Assembly: GCA_963722255.1 (NCBI GenBank)
Contig: CAVRJO010000001.1
Coordinates: forward strand, 768,001-832,000
DNA: 64,000 nucleotides
Direction of reading: 5' to 3'
From: Candidatus Babeliales bacterium
GTDB lineage: Bacteria > Babelota > Babeliae > Babelales > JANWKD01
Part shown: in pieces, positions 1-10,615 of the stretch
Numbering within the stretch: the stretch's first letter is position 1
Layout: every line of letters begins with the position of its first letter
Made by a program: the position numbers and the translations under genes
The notes under the pieces: model-generated
What the model saw: only the letters and a program-made list of their open reading frames with translations
Database searches by the model: none
What the model was told of the DNA's origin: nothing

Positions 1-1317
1 AGCTTCAGCACTATGATTGATGCGTGCAAATATCGTTCCTCCGTGAGATTTTACGGTTTGTTCAACTCTGTCGATACTCTTTTCAACTGAGTAAGGGCTT
101 TGCATCGTTACAGACCATGCTGATCCACGAGGCACTGCAAGATGTGATTCAAAGGCTGCAGCAATTTTGCGCGCTAAAATATCTAAATCAGGCAGATTAT
201 CCTTATTTGCAAGTAACGTAACACATAAGAGATCTTTTGGGTCAGTAAATCTACTTAAAAATGATGAAAATCCGGGCAAGAAACCTTTTATTTCCATTAA
301 GCCTTTATGTCCTGGAAAAAACCATCCAGCATTTGCCGGAACAAGATTTCCATTTTTTAAACGAACAGCATTATATAAAAATGCGCGATCATTAGGATCT
401 TTAACTAAAATATCACCGGCAAGGGCAATATCCCATTGACTAATATTTTGGCTTGAAGCAATAATACCGCTATCGGCAAACGTTGCAGACCAACTACTTT
501 TTTTGCTTGGTTTAATTTGTCCTTCATCCTCAGAATAGCCTGCTGCTCGTTCGATTGGATTAATCAAAATTGGTTTATGTAAAAATTCGCTATGCTTAAA
601 AGGAACCGTGCCATTTGCAACTTCATTAGGCAAAGAATCTTGATCAGAGATAAAAAATGTTTGTTGTAGGCCAACTCGTGCAATCTGATTTTGAGTTACA
701 TAGTCCCGATAGGACATGCCGCTTACTTTTTCAATAATAAGACCAAGAAGATAATAGTCCGTTGCACTTGCAAATGCATTAGTTCCCGGCTCAAATAATA
801 AATCTCGATCTTTAACCAATGCTACAATCTCTTCTGCTTTATACTCTTTAGCATAATCAAATCCTTGAACATCAGTATAACTTGGCAATCCTGAACTATG
901 CGTAATTAGATCTCGAATAGTAATGGCTTCCCATTTTTTTGGAACTTCTACATAATTTGCAACTGAATCTTCTAATCTCAATTTAGCTTCTTCTTTTAAT
1001 TGCATAATTGCTACCGCAGTAAATGCTTGCGTTATTTGACCAATAGGAAAAACCGTATGCGTTGATGCTAGCCTTTTAGTTTGCTTATCAGCAATACCAT
1101 AGCTCACAACACGCGGAATATAGGGCGCCTGTACAATAGCCAAGGTCATACCGGGAATATTATTTTGTTGCATATAGTTTATAACTAAATCATCTACCGC
1201 CTTGCCATAATAAAGGCTTGCAATATCTCCACGTACAGTTTTTTTACCTTCAACTATTTGCATAGATACTCCGGTTACCAACATACTAACGACAACTATT
1301 TTTTTAGTGTAAGACAT
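1..1317 (-). CDS. Beta-lactamase/serine hydrolase-family protein with C-terminal DUF302-like domain; runs off the window start; catalytic motifs degenerate
   Basis: Hand translation from ATG at 1317 (not in ORF track): IPGMTLAIVQ, FPIGQITQAFTAVAIMQL, ITIRDLITHSSGLP, FEPGT..ASATDYYLLG; near the window edge SPYSVEKSIDRVEQTVKSHGGTIFARINHS (DUF302-like). Confidence 0.85.
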   Translation of the reverse strand, partial: MSYTKKIVVVSMLVTGVSMQIVEGKKTVRGDIASLYYGKAVDDLVINYMQQNNIPGMTLAIVQAPYIPRVVSYGIADKQTKRLASTHTVFPIGQITQAFTAVAIMQLKEEAKLRLEDSVANYVEVPKKWEAITIRDLITHSSGLPSYTDVQGFDYAKEYKAEEIVALVKDRDLLFEPGTNAFASATDYYLLGLIIEKVSGMSYRDYVTQNQIARVGLQQTFFISDQDSLPNEVANGTVPFKHSEFLHKPILINPIERAAGYSEDEGQIKPSKKSSWSATFADSGIIASSQNISQWDIALAGDILVKDPNDRAFLYNAVRLKNGNLVPANAGWFFPGHKGLMEIKGFLPGFSSFLSRFTDPKDLLCVTLLANKDNLPDLDILARKIAAAFESHLAVPRGSAWSVTMQSPYSVEKSIDRVEQTVKSHGGTIFARINHSAEA

Positions 1318-1499
1318 ATCAAACCATCCGTTTTTTTAACCATCATGAACTATTCATCATGCATGCATAGTAATCATTTTTGATAAGTTATAGCAAGAAT
1401 TTTATAGTAAAAAAATAGCGCACATCTTTATTATCTTTTATTGCAAATCATACTGCTTTTTACTATTCTTTACTTGATAATCTAAACGAAGGGGTCTTT

Positions 1500-1916
1500 A
1501 TGAAACTGCATCCTTTAACAAAAAATATTTTAAAGATATTTATAATAGTTGTATTTATTATGACCAGCAAAACAAGTTTAAGTATGCATTTAAATAAAAA
1601 AGATTTAAAAATGCTTCTTGCTCCCTGGAAGGGGAAAACAGAAACAGTTGATATTATGCTCGAAATAGCCGAATCATCAACCAATAAATTTAGATTCAAG
1701 CTTAATCCTATGGTAATCGATGGTATACATTATATCGATACTCATGCTCTATTTGATGTAGATGCTGGTGTTGTTCTACTTTCAACCAATCATCTAAAAG
1801 AAGAAAAAATAGACATTAAATTTTTTTTAGAATCTATTAAGCCCGTAGCGTCTGATCTTTCACCACAAGAATTACAGCAAAGAAAAGTTCTTAAAAAAAA
1901 ATGCTCCATTCAATAA
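1500..1916 (+). CDS. Secreted hypothetical protein with polybasic C-terminal CaaX motif (KKKCSIQ)
   Basis: N-terminal hydrophobic segment, GAAGGGG RBS-like sequence, C-terminus RKVLKKKCSIQ. Confidence 0.7.
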   Translation: MKLHPLTKNILKIFIIVVFIMTSKTSLSMHLNKKDLKMLLAPWKGKTETVDIMLEIAESSTNKFRFKLNPMVIDGIHYIDTHALFDVDAGVVLLSTNHLKEEKIDIKFFLESIKPVASDLSPQELQQRKVLKKKCSIQ

Positions 1917-1942
1917 TTTCAGAAAATTCATAACAAAAAAAT

Positions 1943-2569
1943 TTATACAATATTTTCAATTAAAATAGCTCGTGCAGGTGCAGCATCGGCCCCGGGAAGC
2001 AACAGTGGCATGCAGCAAAAGAAGTAGGCTCCCTGCTTCACTTGCATTAAACGCAACCCTTCAATAATAGGAATATTTGCAAACATAAAAGCTTTATGGC
2101 TTGGATGATCAGGCTGATTGCGCTCAATGCCCAAATAATCAAAACCGAAGGCCTTAATTTTTTTTGCTACTAAAAATTGAGCAGCATCGTGAGTAAGATA
2201 TACAAATGCAGGGTTAAAACGATCTAAAGGATTAATAAAACTGTTAGTTGTTTTAAAGAGAATAATTTCATCTTCTTTAATAACAAACTGTTCTAAATCT
2301 TTATAAGTGATTTTTTCTTGAACATGCGTTACATCAAAAACAGTGCATGCGCCCAAAAGTTTTTCCAACGAAATTTGATCAATAGTCTTTCCATCAGCAA
2401 TAAAATGAGCAGGAGCATCAACATGTGTACCGGTGTGAGAACATAAAGCAATATGTGTTTCCATCGCTCCACTTTGAGGAGTTGTAATATGTGTCGCAGA
2501 AAAAAGTTCTACATCTTTATATTGCGTCATATTTTCAGTCAGAGGCCAACTTATATCAATAATCTTCAT
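1943..2569 (-). CDS. Cyclase/kynurenine formamidase-family metal hydrolase
   Basis: MKIIDIS, HTGTHVDAPAHF, IIEGL, GADAAPARA motifs; ATGA overlap with gnd stop. Confidence 0.9.
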   Translation of the reverse strand: MKIIDISWPLTENMTQYKDVELFSATHITTPQSGAMETHIALCSHTGTHVDAPAHFIADGKTIDQISLEKLLGACTVFDVTHVQEKITYKDLEQFVIKEDEIILFKTTNSFINPLDRFNPAFVYLTHDAAQFLVAKKIKAFGFDYLGIERNQPDHPSHKAFMFANIPIIEGLRLMQVKQGAYFFCCMPLLLPGADAAPARAILIENIV

Positions 2570-3513
2570 CGAGTTCTCTTTTTTGTCTTTGATTTTATTA
2601 AATTTTTATTTGATTTTGTTATAGAATGACCACCAAATTCATGCCGCAATAATGCTACAAGCTTTGTTGCATAATTACCACCAGATTGACGAGACCACGC
2701 ACGAATTTCAAGCGCATCTTCAATTAATAGCGCAGGAATTTTTTGTGCATACGCTTCTTGAATCGTCCAAGCACCCATACCACTTTCTTGAATAGCACCA
2801 TCAACATTGTCAAAATTTTGATCTCGCTTAAACACTGCATGAGCAAGATCTAGAATCCATGAACGAATAATAGAACCATGAGACCAAACTCGTGTAATGG
2901 TTTCAAGATCAAGATTTTTGTAAGAACCAGAATGCAAAAGATGAAAGCCTTCAGCATATGCTTCTAATAATGCATATTCAATGCCATTGTGCACCATCTT
3001 AACATAATGGCCTGCCCCAGCAGGACCCATATATGCATATCCTTTTGATGTTGCAAGAGCTTTAAAAAGTGGCTCAATGCTTGCAATAATTTTTTTATCA
3101 CCACCAAGCATAAGCGAAAAGCCTTTTCTTTTGCCTGCAAGGCCACCTGACGTTCCGCAATCAATAAAATGTATACCATGCGATTTTAATCTTTTAGCGC
3201 GTCGCACCGAATCAGAAAAATGGCTATTGCCCCCATCAATGATGATGCTCTCTTTTTGTAGATATGGTTTTAACTGCTCAAGAACATTATCAACCAATTC
3301 ACCCGCAGGAATCATAAGCCAAATCACCGTAGCTTGTTGTGCGCAATGTTCCAAAGAATCAGTTACATGTGCGCCATACACAGCAGCTTTTCGTCGTGCT
3401 TTAACATCGGGATCAAATCCAATAACTTGAAATCCGGCATTCGTTAGACGATACACAAGTGCATTTCCCATCTTTCCTAAACCGACAACTGCAATTTTCA
3501 TATCTTTTACCAT
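2566..3513 (-). CDS. gnd: 6-phosphogluconate dehydrogenase (short, YqeC-type); true start may be ATG at 3501
   Basis: GLGKMG, IDGGNS, DCGTSGG, GHYVKMVHNGIEY, LRHEFGGH. Confidence 0.95.
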   Translation of the reverse strand: MVKDMKIAVVGLGKMGNALVYRLTNAGFQVIGFDPDVKARRKAAVYGAHVTDSLEHCAQQATVIWLMIPAGELVDNVLEQLKPYLQKESIIIDGGNSHFSDSVRRAKRLKSHGIHFIDCGTSGGLAGKRKGFSLMLGGDKKIIASIEPLFKALATSKGYAYMGPAGAGHYVKMVHNGIEYALLEAYAEGFHLLHSGSYKNLDLETITRVWSHGSIIRSWILDLAHAVFKRDQNFDNVDGAIQESGMGAWTIQEAYAQKIPALLIEDALEIRAWSRQSGGNYATKLVALLRHEFGGHSITKSNKNLIKSKTKKRTR

Positions 3514-3911
3514 TCCTCTTCATCATCAGTGATAATAAGTTCATAATTTTCATACTCAGGAAATTTTGACTTAAAATATGAAATAATTTCATCTCTTGTT
3601 GGCATTGATTTGTCCAGAGGATTATAAAACTGCGCAACAACATAGGGAATAGCTCCTGCATCAGATGGTATAAAAGGATTAGCGTTTCGCTCATTTACCA
3701 ACTTTTCGATTTTTTCAAAATCTCCATTTTCAATAGCTTTCACTAATTTGGCTGATAAAATCTTTTGATATTCAACAGTTTGAGATGATCCGCTTACAGA
3801 TGTATTACTTTGAAGTGTATATATTACAACAGAAGTTTTTCCTTGCTCCATGCAATGGATTAAGTTAGATGCACAGATAACAAATAATGCAATAGTTTTC
3901 CATAACTTCAT
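3507..3911 (-). CDS. Secreted hypothetical protein, possibly one ankyrin-like motif
   Basis: Signal peptide ending IHC-ME; LVKAIENGDFEKIEKLVNERNANP; AAGGA RBS. Confidence 0.7.
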   Translation of the reverse strand: MKLWKTIALFVICASNLIHCMEQGKTSVVIYTLQSNTSVSGSSQTVEYQKILSAKLVKAIENGDFEKIEKLVNERNANPFIPSDAGAIPYVVAQFYNPLDKSMPTRDEIISYFKSKFPEYENYELIITDDEEEW

Positions 3912-3938
3912 GCTCTATCCTTTATATTTATTTTAAAA

Positions 3939-5337
3939 TTATACTCTCCAATGCATTCTATGTTTACGAGCAAATTCTTGCAACTCTTGAGGCCCCAAAG
4001 ATCCTTTTTGATAAGGAAACAAAGGTAATGATAATTCCTTTATATGGTCAATAACTTTCCATGCATATTCAATCTCATCAAAGCGAACGGATATCGATTG
4101 TTCACCATTCAGCACTTCTTGTACAACAAACTCATATACATTTTCAATAATGGTACCAAATTTGCATTCATAACAAAAATCCATAGCAACCGGCATAACT
4201 TCAATGCGAGGACCTGGTTTTTTAACATTAAGCGTAATTGCAAATCCCGGTTCCGGCATAACACGAATAGTCAAACTATTCGATTCACTGGGACAACTGG
4301 TTGTTAACAAACAAACAACAGATTTAAATTTAACGGTAATAATGGTCTCTTTTTTTGCAAGGCTCTTTCCTGTTTTAATATACCATGGTACCTCTCTCCA
4401 GCGATCAGTATCAATAAAAAGTTGCAATGCTGCAAATGTTTCAGTTGTCGAATTAGGTTGCACATCTTTTTCGTTTTTATAACCGACGTATTGCCCCAAT
4501 AATCCATCGGAGCACCGAATTTTTTGTAATATTTCAGCTTTCTTATCTCTCATAAAATCACCCGATAGTGATTGCGGTGCTTCCATAGCAAGAAGTGCGA
4601 CAATTTGCAAAATATGGTTTTGCACAACATCTTTGAGTGCGCCATAGGCATCATAATAGTAGCCTCGACTACCTATATCAGATGTTTCACTCAGCACTAT
4701 TTCGATCCAATCAATATTATCTGCATTCCACAATGGCTCAAAAATTCTATTGGTAAAACGCAATAATGCTAAAGTTCCCACGATATCTTTTGCCAAATAA
4801 TGATCGACGCGAAATATCTGAAACTCGGCAAGATAGTTCGATATTTTTTTATTTATTAAACATGCAGATGCATAATCTGATCCAAAAGGCTTTTCGTATA
4901 CAATACGATGCCATGGAAAAACTGATGCGTCGGTCATTTTAGTAACAATTCCCGCTTGTGCACAATGTTCTGTAACGGTAACAAAAAACTGAGGAGGAAG
5001 CGCTAGATAAAGTAAACGATTATCTATTCTTTGATTTTTTTGTTCAAGAGCTACAACAAATTCAGAAAGCTTTTGAAAATCAGAAGGTACCGTAACATCA
5101 ACTTTTTGATAATAAAAGTTAGAACAAAAAAGATTCCATAATGCATCATTATAATACTCAATATATGGTTTGCTCGCATTCAAAACATCATCTTTTGTTA
5201 CATCTTCTCGTGCAACACCAATACATTGAAAATTTCCAATTTTTTTATCACGATACTGTGCATAGAGCGCGGGTATAATACGTCGTTTTGACAAATCACC
5301 CGTCGCCCCAAAAAAGAATACACGTGCCTTCTATCAC
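3939..5337 (-). CDS. zwf: Glucose-6-phosphate 1-dehydrogenase; 5' end frameshifted at the T6 run 5310-5315
   Basis: YLALPP, EKPFG, RVDHYLAK, DVVQNH, YIKTGK; GATGDL lies upstream of the track start (5294) and joins GTG at 5337 only if one T is removed. Confidence 0.93.
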
Positions 5338-5425
5338 AAGATTAATCTTTCCAATTTTTTTGCTTCACTCATAAATTTCTGTTTACAATAAACACAAATT
5401 AGTTATTTTTGCAACAGTTAGATGA

Positions 5426-6382
5426 TTAATAATTTACTAACCTGTACTGAATTTTCCTGGTCGTTGCTTTTCTTACCATTGTAATAATTTTTTCAACTAT
5501 CTGTGTTTGCTGTTCTTCAGGCAAAGCGTTCACAAGCTCAGAATCGGAGAGCTTTAACACATTGTAATCAAAATGTCGCCTATATTTTGAAAGTGCAATG
5601 TACACAAGAATTAGTTCAAGTGATGGATGCAATTCTAATTCAATAGAATCATCACCTTTACATCGACTCATAATACGATCAGTAGCTAAATCATAACATA
5701 CTGTTTTGTACTTAGAAAAGCCTTCTTTAATATTTCTTCTTATCATAAGCATACCGTCTTCAAAAGATGCTATAGAAACTTGATCAACAACTGATTTAGC
5801 TGGATTAGGATTTTGTATTTCCTTTACATAATCCCATAATTCATTTCCAGTATCATGTAAAATATGTATAGTGTTGTTCCTTACTATTAATGCGCAAGAT
5901 CGGCCATCTTTTGATGGGACAAGTGCGAAATTATCCTCACGAGAAATCTGTTTTATTAGATCAAAAGTCCAGATATCTTTATTTTTTCTACACGCATAGA
6001 TTTGTCCCTGATACGTCGTTATAAAAAAACAGTTTTCATCAACACAACAAACATCTTTTATAAGAGATTCAAATTTTTTTGTTACTATTTCATCATCTCC
6101 TGGCAAACAATTTACAACTGTTATAGTCTTGTTATAACAAGATACACATGTTTTATCACCTATGAAATGAACTCTATGAAGGAGATTATCATACATTTCT
6201 TCACATAGATTTTTTTCTTCTTTAATTGGAACCCATTCATCATTCCTGTTTTCCAAAATTACAATAGTTTTATTATGTAAACCAACTGCAAAAAAATGAC
6301 CATTTGGTGAAAAATTAGATTTATCTACTTGAACTATTGTAGTTTCACTTTTTTCTTCAGACCTTTTTCGTATTGTAAGCAT
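5426..6382 (-). CDS. WD40/beta-propeller-like protein, C-terminal part of a probably frameshifted gene
   Basis: NFSPNGHFFAVG, PSKDGRSCAL; overlaps the upstream signal-peptide ORF in another frame. Confidence 0.6.
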   Translation of the reverse strand: MLTIRKRSEEKSETTIVQVDKSNFSPNGHFFAVGLHNKTIVILENRNDEWVPIKEEKNLCEEMYDNLLHRVHFIGDKTCVSCYNKTITVVNCLPGDDEIVTKKFESLIKDVCCVDENCFFITTYQGQIYACRKNKDIWTFDLIKQISREDNFALVPSKDGRSCALIVRNNTIHILHDTGNELWDYVKEIQNPNPAKSVVDQVSIASFEDGMLMIRRNIKEGFSKYKTVCYDLATDRIMSRCKGDDSIELELHPSLELILVYIALSKYRRHFDYNVLKLSDSELVNALPEEQQTQIVEKIITMVRKATTRKIQYRLVNY

Positions 6383-6819
6383 ATTGCTGGGTATGTACCA
6401 AACGTGAAAAGTTCCTCGCCCTCAGATTCAAATAGATCAACTGAATAGGGATGGCTTTTATCTGATTTTCTTTTTCTACAATCAACCTTCCAACGATGCA
6501 TAAAACAATTATAAAAAAATTGTTGTGTCACAAATGCCCTTAGCTCTTCGGGGAAAATAGAAAGGCAACTTTGGACTTCTTTTAATTTAGCATCGACAGT
6601 GGTTGCTTGTGCTTTTTCACAAATAGGGACAATCCGTGTTTCAACAAAAACGTTACTCGCTATTTCCTTTAAAGAAGGAGCTCCAAAACTATTAGTCACT
6701 CTATTAAATTTTAATTGTAATGCTTCTTCATCTTTTGCAATCGGCTCTTGTTGCTTTTCCATTGCGGTACTTGAACAGAAAAATAAAAAAATCGAAAAAA
6801 AATAAGTAGAGTTTTTCAT
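6334..6819 (-). CDS. Secreted protein, N-terminal part (signal peptide-AME) of a probably frameshifted gene
   Basis: MKNSTYFFSIFLFFCSSTA-MEK; APSLKEIA motif. Confidence 0.65.
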   Translation of the reverse strand: MKNSTYFFSIFLFFCSSTAMEKQQEPIAKDEEALQLKFNRVTNSFGAPSLKEIASNVFVETRIVPICEKAQATTVDAKLKEVQSCLSIFPEELRAFVTQQFFYNCFMHRWKVDCRKRKSDKSHPYSVDLFESEGEELFTFGTYPAICLQYEKGLKKKVKLQ

Positions 6820-6917
6820 GAAGCTAGAATCCTTGAGTTATAAATAAAATTTTATACTAGAAAAAGTTTAAACAATTTATGTGAATTGTAAAATGAATTA
6901 ATTAGAGAAAAAATTGC

Positions 6918-8084
6918 TTAAAAAATATCTTCTATATTTTGCCAACTAACAATAGTACCTTGTGAACGTTCTTGGTTTTTTGAACCCGCATAAACAATGT
7001 ACCCGTTTGGTTTCTCTTCGATTAGCTCAGCCCAATAAGTTAATCCCTTAAAGAAATCGGGAACTATCGTTTTTGCTGCTTTAATTTCAATAGGTACTAA
7101 TAGATTGTTTTTTTGAATAATACAATCAATTTCATTACCGGTAATATCGCGCCAGAAATATACATTATGCGGCCGATCGCCCTTATTATAATAATGTTTA
7201 AAAATCTCTGAAATTATTAATGACTCAATAAGATGTCCTCTCATATAATTTAAATCAAGCTGTGATGATGAATGTATATCAAGAAGAGCACAGGCCAAGC
7301 CGGTATCATAAAAATATAATTTTGGTGATTTTATTAACCGTTTATTAAAATTTTGGTGATGGGGTTGTAAAAGAAAAATAACATAGCTTGCTTCTAAAAT
7401 CGAAAGCCAAGATTTTGCTGTCCTTTGGTCAATTCCACAATCGATTGCCAATGATGCAATATTTAGTAATTGCCCAACGCGCCCGGCACATAAACGAATA
7501 AACCGTCGAAACGTACTTAAATCTACAATGTTAGCAATTTGTCGAACATCTCGTTCAACATAGGTCTCAATATAATCTAAATACCAAGAAGTAGGTTCAA
7601 GATCAAAAGCAAAAATACGTGGATACCCACCTTTAACGGTAACTTGTTCAATTGAATCAGAGAGTAAAGCATTTGTCGAAAGTTCTTTAATGCTTAAAGG
7701 AAGTAAGGTAAAAATAGCTATTCTGCCCGCAAGAGTTTGTGAAATAGCTTGATTTACCAAAATATTCTGCGAACCGGTTAGAATAAAATATCCCGGCATA
7801 TGTTCTTCATCCACAATCGTTTGAATCAACGATAAGAGCTTTGGAACATGCTGTATCTCATCTAGAATTATCCCAAATGGATTCTTATTTATTTCTAAAA
7901 ACCTTTGTGGATCTGTAGAAGCAAGTTCGCGTTCTTCATAACTTTCTAAAGAAACATACCTGTGGTTTTTAAAGACAGCTCTTGAAAGCGTCGTTTTTCC
8001 TGATTGACGGGGACCAAGAATCGCTATAACCGGCATTTTTTGAGCACGTTCTAAAATTTTAGGCTCTATAGTTCTTTTAAACAT
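6918..8084 (-). CDS. AAA+ ATPase, AAA_14 + DUF4143 family
   Basis: GPRQSGKTT, DEIQ, LTGSQ, LAGR, KSPKLYFYDTGL, EIDC..PIEIK. Confidence 0.93.
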   Translation of the reverse strand: MFKRTIEPKILERAQKMPVIAILGPRQSGKTTLSRAVFKNHRYVSLESYEERELASTDPQRFLEINKNPFGIILDEIQHVPKLLSLIQTIVDEEHMPGYFILTGSQNILVNQAISQTLAGRIAIFTLLPLSIKELSTNALLSDSIEQVTVKGGYPRIFAFDLEPTSWYLDYIETYVERDVRQIANIVDLSTFRRFIRLCAGRVGQLLNIASLAIDCGIDQRTAKSWLSILEASYVIFLLQPHHQNFNKRLIKSPKLYFYDTGLACALLDIHSSSQLDLNYMRGHLIESLIISEIFKHYYNKGDRPHNVYFWRDITGNEIDCIIQKNNLLVPIEIKAAKTIVPDFFKGLTYWAELIEEKPNGYIVYAGSKNQERSQGTIVSWQNIEDIF

Positions 8085-8114
8085 TGGTTGGATCCTCCTT
8101 ATTGATGGTATACT

Positions 8115-8144
8115 ACTAATATGACATAGCTACGTCATATTAGT
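8115..8144. promoter_or_regulatory. 30-bp near-perfect palindrome upstream of the DUF4143 ATPase gene (operator-like)
   Basis: ACTAATATGAC-ATAGCTAC-GTCATATTAGT. Confidence 0.55.
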
Positions 8145-8180
8145 CAAGAATTTATCTAAAATATGATCCAATCAGCTAAT

Positions 8181-9500
8181 TCAATGCAATGATAAAATTT
8201 TACGCGTTTCTTGCTTATATGATTCCACATTAGGTTGATCAAACGGATTAACACCTAATAGATAACCCAAATATACTATTTCAACCATTTTGTATTGTAA
8301 TAATTGCCCAATATAATATTCCGTGCATTCAGGCAATTCTACTGCAACAAAGGGCCGCTTATTTTTTACGTATGCCGCCTGCACACCTTGCAAAACAGCT
8401 TGCATTATTGACGCCATAGATTTGCCTTGGATTTTTTCAACCGCCGGTTCAAACTGTTGCATCTCTGGAACAACTAGTTTTTGGCTTTGATCTTTCACTG
8501 AAATAAATGTTGTCGATTTATCACGAGGCCCACCCAAATAAAGTTGTCCTACAGAATGAAGATCGATCGTTCCGATAGATACCGTTGGGGTTATACCAAT
8601 TTCAACTTTAGCACCTTGAATATTAAACTCCTTGCCTAGGCTTTCTCCCACAAGTTGGCGATACCATTTACCAATGCCTTCAAGCTGCATCGAAAATAAA
8701 AACAGATCTTGAATATGTATACTTTGTTTATATTGTGCATACATGATACATGCAGATTGGGCGGCATAATTTTCATCTAAAAGCAATGAGCTGCATATTT
8801 TAAGCATATCTGTAGCACCACGAAGTAAGGAAAATATATCACATCCCAATAAACCCAAAGGAAATAAACCTACTGCTGAAAAAACCGAGTAGCGACCGCC
8901 AACATTTTTAGGAATCTCCAGAAGAGAAAATTTTTCTTCGTGTGCTATGTTCCAAAGCACAGAATCGCGATCAGTTGTCACCACGACATACTGAGCATAC
9001 TCATCAGGATAGTAGCGCATAAGAAGCTGTAAAAAAATCTCAAAATTAGCAATTGTTTCAGTGGTTGTTCCTGATTTAGTTACCACATTAAGAATGATTC
9101 TATTTCCATTTTTTAACTCTTGTGTTACAAGCTTCAGGATTTCTGAAATATAGGCTGAATCAACCGTATCGGCATAATAGATTTTTAAATCTGGATTTTT
9201 TTCATTATAAAGTTTTCCAAACAAGGCTTCTTGTACTGCAAAAGTTCCTAAGTTAGAACCACCAATACCTATAACAACCAAAACTGTTGGTTTTAAATTT
9301 TTTTTATCATCAACAAGAGTTTTAATTTTTTGAATAGAGGAATCATCAAAAGGTAAATTCAATGAAGCATACAATGAATTATACGTATGGTCCTCTAAAG
9401 CTTGATTCACTCGTATAATTTCAGATTTTAACGTATCAAAATGCTGGATATTCTCTTTCAAAGAAACACCTGCATTATCAAAACGAATGGCAATATTCAT
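8181..9500 (-). CDS. pgi: Glucose-6-phosphate isomerase
   Basis: IGIGGSNLG, TKSGTTTET, VGGRYSV, QLVGESLGKE, NPFDQPNVESYK. Confidence 0.95.
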   Translation of the reverse strand: MNIAIRFDNAGVSLKENIQHFDTLKSEIIRVNQALEDHTYNSLYASLNLPFDDSSIQKIKTLVDDKKNLKPTVLVVIGIGGSNLGTFAVQEALFGKLYNEKNPDLKIYYADTVDSAYISEILKLVTQELKNGNRIILNVVTKSGTTTETIANFEIFLQLLMRYYPDEYAQYVVVTTDRDSVLWNIAHEEKFSLLEIPKNVGGRYSVFSAVGLFPLGLLGCDIFSLLRGATDMLKICSSLLLDENYAAQSACIMYAQYKQSIHIQDLFLFSMQLEGIGKWYRQLVGESLGKEFNIQGAKVEIGITPTVSIGTIDLHSVGQLYLGGPRDKSTTFISVKDQSQKLVVPEMQQFEPAVEKIQGKSMASIMQAVLQGVQAAYVKNKRPFVAVELPECTEYYIGQLLQYKMVEIVYLGYLLGVNPFDQPNVESYKQETRKILSLH

Positions 9501-9707
9501 CCTTATTTCCTTTAATAATTCTTTAAATTCATGCTATATTGTTGATAACATCCTCAAAATTAAAAAGCAAATTAAGCAAGATAATAACTACAACAACGCT
9601 ACATTTTCTTGATTATTTAAATAAAATTTTCTAGCTAAACAAAGCGGCGCCCGAAGCAATTTCTGCAATTTTTTTCAAAATGATTTACAGCGCATTTTTT
9701 CATTCCT

Positions 9708-10190
9708 ATGCTCATACAAGAGTTTACAAAACTTCATAGGAAGGAAAAAATTATGAACAGTGTTTATAAAAAATTTATAGTTTTCTTTTCTCTTACTGCA
9801 GTATCTACATCATTCGGTATGACTAGTGACAAAACCTTTGATATTGAATCAGGAAGCGATACAACAATTTCATACCAATCTTTACCGCAAGCATTAGAAT
9901 CCACCAATCCTATAAACAGAAAACGATCGCCTTGGACAAATTTTTATACAGTTGCTGGAGGCCTCATGGGAACCGGAATTACTGCAACAGTCACATGGCA
10001 TTTGGCAACAAGCCATACGCCAGATCAAATTGATGATGCAAGTCCCTGGGTATATGGGGCTGGTACCGTAGTTGCAACTTTTGGAGTCTGTTGTTATTTT
10101 GCAACCTATGGAGCGAATATTTTTCATACAACCTATAAAAAAATGGCTAAAAAATTACAATCTATTGGAAACTCTCAAGGAGACCTATGA
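9708..10190 (+). CDS. Secreted/membrane hypothetical protein with two TM helices (likely start 9753)
   Basis: Signal peptide plus two Gly-rich hydrophobic segments. Confidence 0.65.
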   Translation: MLIQEFTKLHRKEKIMNSVYKKFIVFFSLTAVSTSFGMTSDKTFDIESGSDTTISYQSLPQALESTNPINRKRSPWTNFYTVAGGLMGTGITATVTWHLATSHTPDQIDDASPWVYGAGTVVATFGVCCYFATYGANIFHTTYKKMAKKLQSIGNSQGDL

Positions 10191-10615
10191 AAAAAAAATT
10201 ATTACTTTTTTTAGGAACCATTTCTTTTTTTCTTTCAAATTATACTATGAATAGAAATGAAAAATTCGAAGTTGCAATTACCGTAAACAGTGTTGGAGGA
10301 ACCGCACACTATTACACACCACTACCACCACTTAACAATGATGCACCATTATCATCCTGTGGAAAAATTATTGCAGGAATCTACACAACCGGATGCGGTG
10401 TTGCAACAACAGCTAGTATAGCTGCCGTAGACTATTTTGTTATAAATTTTGCAGCTACTGAAGGATTGGAACCATCAGGCGCTATAGCTCTTGGAATTTG
10501 CTCAGGACTTGCAACTGCGATCGGTGGATTAATAGTATGGTATGGCGGATATCGTTATGTGCGTTCTTGCTTACCGCGTGCAACAAATATCAATAACATC
10601 ATTGTTGAAGAATGA
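10187..10615 (+). CDS. Secreted/membrane hypothetical protein with two TM helices
   Basis: GGAG RBS, ATGA overlap, signal peptide, two hydrophobic segments. Confidence 0.7.
   Translation: MKKKLLLFLGTISFFLSNYTMNRNEKFEVAITVNSVGGTAHYYTPLPPLNNDAPLSSCGKIIAGIYTTGCGVATTASIAAVDYFVINFAATEGLEPSGAIALGICSGLATAIGGLIVWYGGYRYVRSCLPRATNINNIIVEE

Noticed and set aside
24..439. Short plus-strand ORFs at the window start, and other <125-aa ORFs nested in larger genes
   Set aside because: Shadow frames of well-supported genes
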